NCBI RefSeq assembly: GCF_963921235.1
Contig: NC_086108.1
Coordinates: 21,700,001-21,764,000, forward strand
Direction of reading: 5' to 3'
Length of the DNA stretch: 64,000 nucleotides
Origin: Mobula hypostoma
Lineage: Eukaryota
The notes beneath the pieces were generated by a model. The model was not told the DNA's origin. It worked only from the letters and a program-made list of their open reading frames with translations, and did not search any database. Positions 14,059-26,586 of the stretch are shown here, piece after piece. Position 1 is the first letter of the stretch, and the number at the start of each line of letters is the position of its first letter. Made by a program: the position numbers and the translations under genes.

Positions 14059-14619
14059 GTGGAAGTTCAGGACAATGAGAGAGAACAAGGGATGACACAG
14101 TAAGTCAAAGAAATGCAATGAACACCAAATGGAGTTCTCAGTTCATTTAAAAAATGGAAGGCATATTGAAAATTCAGATATGCAAGGTGATATTGGCAAC
14201 ATAGATGCGACAAAGGTCATAAGATTATGCGAAGGCAATGAATTATTTGCAGGATAAAGAGAAGAGGAAATATAGTCCAGGACACCAGAACAGTCAGTTT
14301 GATTGAGGAAAATAACTGAAAGCCTTTAATAACTGAAGCAGGAATGGGCGGCAGAAATGGGGAGACAAAGATTAACTTTCCTATTACTTAACTTTTGACT
14401 TTCTGAGGATCTATCGGGTACCACTACTCGGCCAATGTGAAGCAGATCTGTGGAGAATTGTGACAGTATTATTGGTATGTTACAAATTGTTGCTGAACTA
14501 CATTTGGGTGATCGAAAATTATGCTTTCCAGACCAACAGACCAAGTTGATGCTTCTCATGAGTATTGGGTTAAATATATTACAGAATATTCAGTTCTGTT
14601 ATGTTTCCAAAAGAAAGAT

Positions 14620-14621
<2 letters not shown>

Positions 14622-14675
<54 letters not shown>
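14622..14675. repeat. (TG)n microsatellite
   Basis: Perfect TG run. Confidence 0.98.
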
Positions 14676-14677
<2 letters not shown>

Positions 14678-14884
14678 CTCACAAGAGATTAAACATTAAT
14701 ATATATATTAAACACAAGAGATTCTGCAGACGCTGGAAATCCAAAGTAACACACACACAGAAAGGAATAAAGAGTCAACACTGCAAAATATCAAAGAAAA
14801 ACATAAACCCTCCAATATCCTGGATCAAATCTTATCCTCTGTGAATTGCAGCAAAGCTGTTATTTTTTAAAACTGTTAAATGAG

Positions 14885-16073
14885 GGCTTCTTCAAGGAGT
14901 GATGCCTCAAAAAGACAGCTTCCATTCCTAAGGACCCCATCAGTCAGGTCAGCCTTGTTCTCACTGCTGCTGTCAGGAAGGTGGTACAGAAGGCACACAC
15001 TCAACAATTCAGGAACAGTTTCTTCCCCTCTGCCATATATATAGTAATTCACATTTTTTCTATTACTATGTATTGCATTGTACTGCTGTCGCAAAGACAA
15101 ATCCACGATGTATGCTGGTGATATTAAACTTGATCTGATTCTGATGTGTAACTGCCTTCCGTTCCTGTCTACAATAAAAAGGAAAATTCCTCTGTGACCA
15201 ATTATTGCTCAATGAGACTAGACTAAACCAAATAATGGATTGGGTGAAAGATTCCAAATTTCAGTAATAATTTGTTTATTGCAGCTGCATTTAGGCACTG
15301 CAAAGACATAGACCTAACATGGGCAAAAAAAAAATTCCAGGAGCAAGTTGAGTGTGACTGCTTTAACATTAAAACAGCGTTTGATCAAGACATGATCAAG
15401 GAACTATGGCAAAATTGAAGGAAGTAGCAAATTAGAATTGCTGAGGTTGCAGGAAGCAGAATTAAAGATGCTGTATTTTTTCTCCACAAAATAACTCAAC
15501 AACCTCAACCAAACCATCTTCTCCAGGGCCCTGAATCAAATCAACTACTTCAAAACTCTTCCCTCAGGAATGAATATTTGCAAATGATAAGAGTGTTTAA
15601 AACAGCAAGGTCCAGGCAACACTCATCTTGACCATGTTCTCTTCTCACTACTGCCATCGCGTAGGAGGAACAGCATCCTAAGGTCCCACCCATCAGGTTC
15701 AGGAACAATAATTACACACACCAGTTCTCATCAAGGGATCCATAATGGAAAGGGACAGCAATTTCAAGTTCCTGGGTGTCAATGTCTCTGAGGATCTATC
15801 CTGTGCCCAGCATGTCAATGCAGTTACAAAGAAGGCACAATAGCATATATATTTCATTAGGAGTTTGTGGAGTTTTGGTGTGTCACCAAAGACATTTGCA
15901 AATTTCTATAGATATACCATTGAAAACATTCTAACTGTTCAGAATAAGGTGCAGTAAGTTGTGAACTCAGTCACTCCATCATGGGCACGAGCCTCCCCAA
16001 CATCTAAAACACCTTCAAGGAATAATGTCTCAAAAAGGCACCATGCATCATTGAGGAACCCCATCACCTAGGA
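14885..16073 (+). mobile_element. Cluster of old Rex1-like LINE 3' fragments
   Basis: Recurring tcactgctgc..tcaggaaggtggtacag / aggaacagtttcttcccc and caatttcaagttcctgggtgtc segments shared with 1398-2316. Confidence 0.6.
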
Positions 16074-16676
16074 CAGCAGTCCCCAACCAGCGGGCCGCGG
16101 ACCGGTGCCGGGGCGCAAAGCATGTGCTACCAGGCCGCCAGGAAACAATATGATTTGGCCATATGAGTCAGCTGCACCCTTCCTCATTCCCTGTCATGCC
16201 CTCTGTTGAGCTTGAACACATGCGAGGTCATTACGCACACGTCATCCTTGTCAGCGCGGGAAAAAGATCAACTCCTCGAGCTTGCAAATGACGGCGGGCT
16301 GAAAAGTATGTTTGACATAACATCTCTGCCGGCATTCTGGATCAAAGTCAAGGCTAAATATCCTGAGATAGCCACGAAAGCACTGAAAACGTTGCTTCCA
16401 TTTCCAACATATCTCTGCAATGAATGCAACCAAAACTAAATTGCGGAATAGACTGGACATAAGGAACCCCCTTCGAGTATCGCTGTCTCCCATCACCCCT
16501 CGATGGCACCGTCTTGTTGCAGGGAAACAAGCCTAGGGCTCCTACTGATTCAGCGATATTGGTGTTTTGCAATGATTTTATATGTTCATATGGGGAAAAT
16601 ATGTGCTGTGTGTTTAATATCCAAACGTTACTTAAAGTGTTATGATGCGATTGACTTATCACCTATATTCCGGTTG
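16074..16676 (+). mobile_element. hAT-Charlie-like non-autonomous DNA transposon, truncated at the right end
   Basis: Left TIR cagcagtccccaacc; hAT dimerisation-domain remnant FWIKVKAKYPEIATKALKTLLPFPTYLC; homologous to 49079-50218. Confidence 0.85.
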
Positions 16677-18376
16677 TGCTCACCAAGATCCAGCTCCCAC
16701 ACTCCCTTTATTCTCAACCAATTACTTGAAAATCAAATTCAAGTTCAAGTTTAATTGTCATTCAACCAACATGAACACCCATGAGTACAGCCAAACGAAA
16801 GAGCATTACTCCAGGCCAAAGGTGCAAAACACAGTACCAAAAGTCTCACACAGCAGAGGCCGCATATAAGATAGCAAGCACATGTAAGATATTAGTAAAA
16901 TACAGTCACTCAAAAATATATCAAAAAAGAACCTGGGTCCATGAATATTGCTGCAGTCTGCAATCTAACACAATACAGGTTGTCTTCTACTGAGCGAACA
17001 CTGACTCCAGTTTGGATGCCATGCCACACAGCCTCTGCAGGAGGGCACTGACTCCGACGCCTCTCTCCCAGTGGCTGTAAACAAGCGACACCACAGCTTG
17101 AGTCCTAGTCCTCACTACGACCATGCCATGCAGTTCCATCATCATCTACCCCGATGTCCACCAGTACATCAGTGAATCAGACTTGCAGCCTACCACATTA
17201 ACAATTTCCAACAGGACCTTGTCATCACAAGAAAGGTGACTAAGACAATCACTCGCTGTTGGACTGCACACTGCCCTCACACACTGAATCCTCCAAAGCC
17301 TCCCTGATGTAGGCAGTAGCACGATCCACACATTCTAGCTCTTTCAGTTTCTCTGCAAATGAGCAACTTTCTGATTGAGTAGACCTGCAGTACTTTAAGT
17401 GCTTAATGTACAGCAGTGTCAAAAATCTATTATATCATTGTATAACACCTGAAAAGTAAATGAATTAGAAGCATGTTGCTATATTTATTTGCCTGAAAAA
17501 TCTTTCAATTCTGCACCAAAGTCCAATGGGTGCCAGATTATAAGAGCATCAACTGAAACGTGGGGTAAATAAATCACCACTTAACAGTACAAAACATTCC
17601 CACCATTTTCAAAACATATTTAGAGTGATGAAGCAGTTCAGCTGCCTGGATGAACACAATTCCAACAATGCTCAAAAAAAGTTTACATGATTCAAAACAA
17701 AACAACTCATTTGAATCCACTGCTTTCAGTCCCCCTATCATCATGCTCTTTGCACAATGAACAGTAAAGGATATGGCTCACTATCAGCCACTCAAAAGCC
17801 AAGTAGTCATGGGCAACTTAAGCGATCCTTTCTCATCCCCACATTGCATAAACAGAAAAAACAGAAACAGTGATACTTCATAGATAGTACACTCAGTTAG
17901 TAAACATTCAGATATAGCTACTCCAAACAGCCGAAACATTAATGAACTGAACTCAGTTGAAAAAAGGATGCCAAAGATTGTAATGAACCTTACAATGATT
18001 CTAACCCCAGTATTTGGCACAAGTATTCAATCCACATCAGAAACTTATATCACCAGATGTTGAAGATTCACATTTGGCTGAATGAAACAGTGTTAACAGT
18101 CCTTGGTTTCAAGACTTCATTATACTACAGCTCCATTGATAATGAATTACAAGCGTTTCCAAGTTTGCCATAGAAATAGCAGCAAATTATATCAATGTCC
18201 TCCATGCACCATGAGCAATCCACTTAAACAAAAAGAAATATATCATTTTACAGAGACTATCTTCCTTAGTCATAACATGAAATGCAGGTCTGTTAACATA
18301 CGAGGGGTGATTGATAAGTTTGTGGCCTAAGGTAGAAGGAGTCAATTTTAGAAAACCTAGCACATTTATTTTTCAA

Positions 18377-21198
18377 GCAACATACATCAAAGTTGCTGGT
18401 GAACGCAGCAGGCCAAGCAGCATCTGTAGGAAGAGGTGCAGTCGACGTTTCAGGCCGAGACCCTTCGTCAGGACTAACTGAAGGAAGAGTGAGTAAGGGA
18501 TTTGAAAGTTGGAGGGGGAGGGGGAGATCCAAAATGATAGGAGAAGACAGGAGGGGGAGGGATAGAGCCGAGAGCTGGACAGGTGATAGGCAAAAGGGGA
18601 TACAAGAGGATCATGGGACAGGAGGTCCGGGAAGAAAGACAAGGGGGGGGATGCCCCAGAGGATGGGCAAGAGGTATATTCAGAGGGACAGAGGGAGAAA
18701 AAGGAGAGTGAAAGAATGTGAGCATAAAAATGAGTAACAGATGGGGTACGAGGGGGAGGTGGGGCCTCAGCGGAAGTTAGAGAAGTCGATGTTCATGCCA
18801 TCAGGTTGGAGACTACCCAGACGGAATATAAGGTGTTGTTCCTCCAACCTGAGTGTGGCTTCATCTTTACAGTAGAGGAGGCCATGGATAGACATGTCAG
18901 AATGGGAATGGGATGTGGAATTAAAATGGGTAGCCACTGGGAGATCCTGCTTTCTCTGGCGGACAGAGCGTAGATGTTCAGCAAAGCGGTCTCCCAGTCT
19001 GCGTCGGGTCTCGCCAATATATAAAAGGCCACATCGGGAGCACCGGACGCAGTATATCACCCCAGTCGACTCACAGGTGAAGTGATGCCTCACCTGGAAG
19101 GACTGTTTGGGGCCCTGAATGGTGGTAAGGGAGGAAGTGTAAGGGCATGTGTAGCACTTGTTCCGCTTACATGGATAAGTGCCAGGAGGGAGATCAGTGG
19201 GGAGGGATGGGGGGGACGAATGGACAAGGGAGTTGTGTAGGGAGCAATCCCTGTGGAATGCAGAGAGAGGGAGGGAGGGAAAGATGTGCTTAGTGGTGGG
19301 ATCCCGTTGGAGGTGGCGGAAGTTACGGAGAATAATATGTTGGACCCAGAGGCTGGTGTGGTGGTAGGTGAGGACCAGGGGAACCCTATTCCTAGTGGGG
19401 TGGTGGGAGGATGGAGTGAGAGCAGATGTACGTGAAATGGGGGAGATGCGTTTAAGAGCAGAGTTGATAGTGGAGGAAGGGAAGCCCCTTTCTTTAAAAA
19501 AGGAAGACATCTCCCTCGTCCTAGAATGAAAAGCCTCATCCTGAGAGCAGATGCGGCGGAGACAGAGGAATTGCGAGAAGGGGATGGCATTTTTGCAAGA
19601 GACAGGGTGAGAAGAGGAATAGTCCAGATAGCTGTGAGAGTCAGTAGGCTTATAGTAGACATCAGTGGATAAGCTGTCTCCAGAGACAGAGACAGAAAGA
19701 TCTAGAAAGGGGAGGGAGGTGTCGGAAATGGACCAGATAAACTTGAGGGCAGGGTGAAAGTTGGAAGTCAACGAGTTCTGCATGCGTGCAGGAAGCAGCA
19801 CCAATGCAGTCGTCGATGTAGCGAAGGAAAAGTGGGGGACAGATACCAGAATAGGCACGGAACATAGATTGTTCCACAAAGCCAACAAAAAGGCAGGCAT
19901 AGCTAGGACCCATACAGGTGCCCATAGCTACACCTTTAGTTTGGAGGAAGTGGGAGGAGCAAAAGGAGAAATTATTAAGAGTAAGGACTAATTCCGCTAG
20001 ACGGAGCAGAGTGGTGGTAGAGGGGAACTGATTAAGTCTGGAATCCAAAAAGAAGCGTAGAGCTTTGAGACCTTCCTGATGGGGGATGGAAGTATATAAG
20101 GACTGGACATCCATGGTGAAAATAAAGCGGTGGGGGTCAGGGAACTTAAAATCATCGAAAAGTTTAAGAGCGTGGGAAGTGTCACGAACATAGGTCGGAA
20201 GGGATTGAACAAGGGGTGATAAAACAGTGTCGAGGTATGCAGAAACGAGTTCGGTGGGGCAGGAGCAAGCTGAGACAATAGGTTGGCCAGGACAGGCAGG
20301 TTTGTGGATCTTGGGTAGGAGGTAGAAACGGGAAGTGCGGGGTGTGGGAACTGTAAGGTTGGTAGCAGTGGATGGGAGATCCCCTGAGCGGATGAAGTCG
20401 GTGATGGTGTGGGAGACAATGGCCTGGTGCTCCTTAGTGGGGTCACGATCGAGGGGTAAATAAGAAGAGGTATCCGCGAGTTGTCGCTGTGCCTCGGCAA
20501 GGTAGAGGTCAGTACGCCAGACTACAACAGCACCCCCCTTATCGGCGGGTTTAATAATAAGGTTAGGATTAGTGCGGAGGGAGTGGAGAGCAGAGCGTTC
20601 CGAAGGAGTGAGGTTGGAATGGGGGCAAGGTGCGGTGAAGTCGAGACGGTTGATGTCCCGTCGGCAGTTAGCAATAAAGAGATCCAGAGCAGGCAGAAGA
20701 CCAGAGCGGGGTGTCCATGAAGAAGAGGAGGGTTGAAGACGGGAGAAGGGGTCATCGGTAGGGGTGGAAGAGTCCTTGCCGAAGAAGTAGGCTCGGAGAC
20801 GGAGACAGCGGAAGAAAAGTTCCGCATCATGGCAAATACGGAACTCGCTGAGGTGTGGGCGAAGGGGGACAAACGTGAGGCCCTTACTGAGCACAGAGCG
20901 TTCTGCCTCCGACAGTTGAAGGTCAAAGGGGATGGTATAGACCCGGCACGGATGAGAGCTGGGATCAGAGCGGGGAGGGGGGAGGCTGGTGGTGTCAGTG
21001 GAGAGGGGAGGGTTGGGGTGACAGGAAGATGGAGCCTCTGAGGGCCCAGGAGTTGACGGTGGGATCTGAGGAAGACGGGGCTGCGGAGTGGTGGTGGGGG
21101 AAGAGGAGACGGGAGTCACAATAGCAGCACATAAAGACCCGGCCTGGAGTTCAAGGCTGGAGTCGCAGTTGGTGGTTGCGCAATCGCTGTGAAGACAT
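18377..21198 (-). mobile_element. Penelope-like retroelement (RT + GIY-YIG endonuclease), one frameshift near 19765
   Basis: IKPADKG, YLLPKIHK, DVQSLYTSIP, GVAMG, RYIDD, FLDL and VIYCVRCSRCGLLYIGET...RFAEH motifs. 15-bp TSD acatttatttttcaa at 18362-18376 and 21199-21213. Confidence 0.95.
18439..18476 (-). ncRNA. Minimal hammerhead ribozyme motif in the Penelope 3' region
   Basis: Minus strand reads tagtc CTGACGA agggtctcggcct GAAAC GTC gactg: conserved core, stem I tagtc/gactg, short stem II, palindromic ACGT stem III. Confidence 0.8.
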
Positions 21199-21967
21199 AC
21201 ATTTATTTTTCAACATAGTTCCCTCCTACATTTACACACTTAGTCCAACAGTCGTGGAGCATACGGATCTTGGGCCTCCAGAAAGTGTCCACAGCAGGGG
21301 TGATTGATAAGTTTGTGGCCTAAGGTAGAAGGAAATAAGTTATTAACTTCAAACTTTCTGCATAATCACTCAAAGAGTTGAACTGCGCATGCATGTAACG
21401 AGAGCTGTATAACTCATCTCCTTCTACCTTAGGCCACGAACTTATCAATCACCCCTCATATTTTCATTTATTTATACTTATAATTTCACTGGCTTTGAGA
21501 AAGTTATCAACTTCTTTCACAACATTTCCATTGCTTATTCCACAACATGAATGAGCAAATTAAAAATAAAGCTAGAAGACTGGAAATTAATCACCAGTCA
21601 GTTTGGGCTGGCCTTTGCCAAGCTGAGCTGACAAGTAGCTGGTGGTTCCTCAGAAGTCGATACAATTTCTTGAACTTCTGTGTATATTCAATTACGCAAG
21701 TGCAAGGTGAGCTGGACATGTCAGCTTACCTGACCTCCCACTCCACTGCTGGACTCATGGAGCTCAGCAATAGTGCTCAGGAGGATACAGGATGCAGCAT
21801 CTTTGATTGACACAATACGAGACTGTTATGTGCACAGTGGCCACATTAGTTAGAAGAAGATAACACTTTTAATCACTTGCTGATATTTACATCGACGCTG
21901 GTAAATTTTATCTCCACTCTCTCCATCATCAAGTCTGTAGTAGGCAGCTTTCACTACAGAATGTTGC

Positions 21968-22836
21968 AGGATGGCACCAGCATACAACGCTCCCTCAGTC
22001 GACATCTTCCAGGTAGCAAACAAAAATAATTTATTTTACTTCTTTTACGTCTGCTTTTCACCTTAAATGTGTTTCTGGAAGTGTCAGAGCCTGCAATTTA
22101 CAGCTTGGAGATAGTTTGAATGATCCAGTGCTTTGCTGGCTCTGAGAAGATTCCAGGAAGTGAGTGCCTACTCAGGTAGCCTCGATGCGAAGAAACTTTG
22201 AGACATGGAGACATGGCATGAGCCGATATTCAACTCCATTTTGCCTTTTAAAGCATCCATTAATCATTGATTAAAGCATTGAGGAAGACTGAGACATTGA
22301 GGTGAATGCAGAAGGCAAGTGAGCGTTCACCACCAACTACCTGCCTTTTGATCGCTGCCAGAGTCTGCGAGCAGCATTTTACTACGTGGTTTGCGATGGC
22401 AGGTGAATAGGACTCTCTGCCTCACGTGGTGTCCTTCTCTTTCGATAAGTGTCAGTGATACCATAGGATGATATCGTAGTTCTGCGGTTATGGATTGGAC
22501 TACTGCGTTAATGGACTATGGACTTTTTCAAATTTATGGGTTTTATATTGTTTTTTTAAATCGCCCATTCCTTTTCAGTTTTGTTGTGCAATGGGAAGGT
22601 GTTTGGGGTTGATATTCTGTTAGAAATTTTTGTGTGGGGAGGGGTTGTTCTTGAGAGTCAGTGTTCATGTACCATTTTGTGTGGAGGAGAGGGTGCTTTG
22701 GTGGGGGGGTAGGTTTGATGTTTCTCTCTGAATGATTTTCATGTCCTTTCTTTGTTTCGTGGCTATCTGGAGAAGACAAATCTCACAGTTGTTTATAGAT
22801 GCATGTTTTGATAATAAATTAACCTTCGAACCTTTG
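21968..22836 (+). mobile_element. Old non-coding LINE-derived retroposon
   Basis: Starts gatggcacc and ends gataataaattaaccttcgaaccttt. The 3' end resembles bases 1-125. Confidence 0.5.
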
Positions 22837-23648
22837 AGAAACTATCAAATCACCACCTCAACTTGTGATGGGCATTCAATTATTGTCTCAGGTTTTGTAA
22901 AGCTTGCTTTCTAAACAAAGCAGCTGCCACTTGAAAGATCACAAACAAATGTCAGAAAATTTCCAACTAACAGATTGTTTAGTTTCTGGTCATAACATGG
23001 AAGTCAGTCTTCAGTTCCGAAAATGTCATGTAATCAATTTGATGTTAAAAACACAGCTTTGCAAACAATGTCTTTATGGCTCCTCAGACTTGCTGACTCA
23101 TACCTCAAGGTTTAACTGCTTGAGCGATGCAGTAGAAGATAATGGGTTGTGTAATTTGGCTTGTTTCAAACAGACAAGCTGACTACGTTGCTTAGTTCAA
23201 GGAAGCTTGCAGAACAGATGGATAATAACACTTAGCATATTAAATAACTATCTATTACTACTGGGAGTTTTATGTACTCAAGCAAGTTAGTTTTACAGCA
23301 TTAATTGAGAACTCTGTCTCCAAGATACTTTTAGACCACTTGTGTAAATGGACAGCTGAGGAAATACATATGCATGTGAAGTTACCCAAGTGGTAGAAAA
23401 AAGGTATAAATGTAGAGAGCAATTTAGATTAATTAGAAATAAGGTAAGGAACATCATGCATCATGAAAGAAACAAGGTGTGAACTAGAATCTATTCCTCT
23501 AGCTTTGGTTTCCATGACAGACAACTTGTTCATCTGCAACTCGTTGGCATGTCTTTTTAGCTTACAGGATTGTACCTATGTTTTGGAAATCTTTTGTACT
23601 TTGTGTTTTAGAAATGGCTTGTAATTTGGAAACAGTTAATACAGAAAT

Positions 23649-24310
23649 TAGATTAGATTAGATTATGAGGACACTTAGTCCTCGTTTATTGTGATTTACA
23701 AATGCATGCATTCAGAAAAGATACAATGTTCCTCCAGTATGATATCACAGAAACACAGGACAGACCAAGACTAAAACTGACAAAAACCACATAATTATAA
23801 CATAAAGTTACAACAGTGCAAAGCAATACCATAATTTGATAAAGAGCAGACCGTGGGCACGGTAAAAAAAAGTCTCAAAGTCCAAATAGCCCATCATCTC
23901 ACGCAGACGGTAGAAGGGAGAAACTCTCCCTGCCATGAAACTTCAGCACCGCAAACTTGCCAATGCAGCATCCTGGAAGCACCCAACCACAGCAGACTCG
24001 GAGTCTGTCTGAGAACTTTGAGCCTCCGACCAGCCCTCCGACACCGAGCACCATCTCTGCCGAGCGTTTCAACCCCGCCCCAGCCACCGAGCAACAAGCA
24101 AAGCCAAGGACTCGGGGCCTTCCCCTCCTGAGATTCAGGATCACACAGTAACAGCAGCAGTGAAACAGCCATTTCAGAAGTTTTACCAGATGTTCCTCCA
24201 CACTCTTACGTCTGTCACCATCAAATCAGGATTGTGCACGGCACCCTACTTGACAGACAACAGATATTCATCACCGGAGTGGCCACTGCACACTGCATCG
24301 CGCCGCCATC
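23649..24310 (-). mobile_element. Full-length non-coding retroposon with (CTAAT)n tail
   Basis: Minus strand starts agatggcggcg next to a (GAG)n run and ends aataaa...(ctaat)3; second copy at 165-357. Confidence 0.7.
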
Positions 24311-24856
24311 TCCTCCTCCTCCTCCTCCTCCTCCTCCTCCACTGAAATCCTCAGTGTTTTAAATGTGCTTTAAGAATGTTGTCTGAAGTTATGCAGATAT
24401 CACTGAAAATAAATGAACTGTATTTTAAACTACTTTGTTAGCTGTTAGAATCTTTTTCTCGGTAGGGAGAGGGGACCCACCGCTCAAATAGTGCGTATTG
24501 GCAGCTAAACTCACTAAGCTCACCATGGAGAATAAACAGGGAAGTAAACTAGTCTTTGAAGATTGTGTAGTCACAGTTTAATCTCCCTTCAGTGAGAGTA
24601 CTCATGGCTATTTATATCGGATAGGGCTGAAGGTCTAGTTTGAGTCAGCAAACCCAACAGCATCACAGTCTAAGCATAAAGGTATGAAGACATAACCACT
24701 ACCAAAAGTCACACACCATCCACAGTTAGACTTTAATTTTACTTCATTGTCACTGAATTGAATTGACTTTATTACTTACATCCTTCATATACATGAGGAG
24801 TAAAAATCAAATCTGGTTCAAACTTAATACAATTTTCTTCCGAACCGTAATGTGTA

Positions 24857-26342
24857 CAGGTGTCTCCCGCTTTTCGGACGTTCGCTTTACGAAACCTCAC
24901 TGTTACGAAAGACCGACATTAGTACCCTGTTTGCGCTTTCAGAAGGTGTTTTCACTGTTATGTAAAAAAAAGCAGCACGCGATAAAAGGCAGCGCGCCGC
25001 GCGCCCCGAGCAGCCACTCTCCCCGGATTTGGAACTGCATTCTCGCCGGCATTGCTTAACCACGGGCCTGTGAGCAGCCGCTTGCAAGATGAGTTCTACG
25101 GTATTGGAAAAGCCTAAAAGAGCTCGTAAGGGTGTTACACTTAGCGTAAAACTAGACATAATTAAGCGTTTTGATCGTGGCGAACGAAGTAAGGACTAAG
25201 TGAGTTTGGCTTGTGGAAGCTGACGAACATGATGTTGAAGAGGTTTCGGCATCCCATGACCAAGAACTGATAGATGAAGAGCTGATGCAATTGGAAGAGG
25301 AAAGGATAACAATCGAAACCGAATGCAGTAGCAAACGGACCGAAAGTGACCGCGTGAGATTTTCGCTGCAATGATAAAGTACGACTTTAATTTTGAAAGG
25401 GTACGTAGGTTTAGGGGATATTTGCAGGATGGTTTGAGTCCTTATAAAGAACTGTGTGATAGAAAAATGCACGAGGCTCAGCAGTCAAGCAAGCCTTCCG
25501 CATCAGCCACAGCAGACGATGAACCTCGACCTTCGACATCGAGGCAGGCAGTCACAGGAGAAGATGCGCTGCCTGCTGTAATGGAAACAGACGACGAGAT
25601 GACACCCCAATGTCCCACCACCCCACGATTCATGGAGAATGCAGTGGTAGCCGGGAGGCACACAGCACATCTTTAAGAAAAAAGCCGAAATAAACATACT
25701 AATTAATTAGGTGCCGCCCGACACGTAATTAATTAGCATGTTTATTTCGGCTTTTTTCTTAAATGTGCTGGATGCCTCCCGGCTACCGCTGCCCATGCTT
25801 TGCGGTTCGGTATCTGTCGGCGACCCGGAGGGTGGGGGCCACTGCACCACCCAACCTGCAACGACTCAGTCTAACACACCATCATCAGTGTGCTTGGCGC
25901 TGAACCAATTCCAGTAAGTGATACTACACTGTACATACATTATTTCTACTTTATATGGGCTGTGTATTTTTACGTGTTATTTGGTATGATTTGGCAGCTT
26001 CACAGCTTAAAGGTTACTGGAGAGCGCTTGCGCCATGTTTTTGCCGACAGCGCTTGCGCGAGATTTTCGCTACAGAGAACAGTTCAGTAATGATTGTGGA
26101 TAAGTATTTCTACTTTATATAGGCTGTGTATTTATCATATCATTCCTGCTTTTACTATATGTTACTATTATTTTAGGTTTTATGTGTTATTTGGCATGAT
26201 TTGGTAGGTTATTTTTGGGTCTGCGAACGCTCACAAATTTTTCCCATATAAATAAATGGTAATTGCTTCTTCACTTTATGACATTTCAGCTTACGAACCA
26301 TTTCATAGGAACACTCTACCTTCAGATGGCGGGGGAAACCTG
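24857..26342 (+). mobile_element. Tigger/pogo-type internally deleted DNA transposon
   Basis: Imperfect TIRs caggtgtctcccgc / gcgggggaaacctg. N-terminal HTH remnant KRARKGVTLSVKLDIIKRFDRGERS is joined to acidic C-terminal remnants; the DDE core is missing. Confidence 0.8.
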
Positions 26343-26586
26343 CACTTTAATCACACAATGTAAGGATATGGACCTTGTGTTGGCAAAAGGGTTTCTGTGG
26401 TGGACTACTTTTTCCTTTTATGTTCATATTAACTTTGTTCAGTTCTTAACATAAAATGGGCCATTTTCATTTAAGTTCAAAAAGCAGAAGGGGAAGAATA
26501 GTATTTTGCCTAATCATATTTCCCTCGGGGTCAATAAAGTATGACTATGACTATATTTAAGTAGCTAAACTAATTTGTTAAACAGT

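Larger units (their letters stand above)
18301..21458. mobile_element. Tc1/mariner-type MITE, split by a Penelope insertion
   Basis: About 40-bp TIRs cgaggggtgattgataagtttgtggcctaaggtagaagg / ccttctaccttaggccacgaacttatcaatcacccctca, flanked by TA. Confidence 0.88.

Noticed and set aside
26519..26554. Isolated aataaagtatgactatgactat as a host poly(A) site
   Set aside because: It matches the 3' tail of the Rex1 family at 47488-47530, so it is an extremely truncated LINE end.
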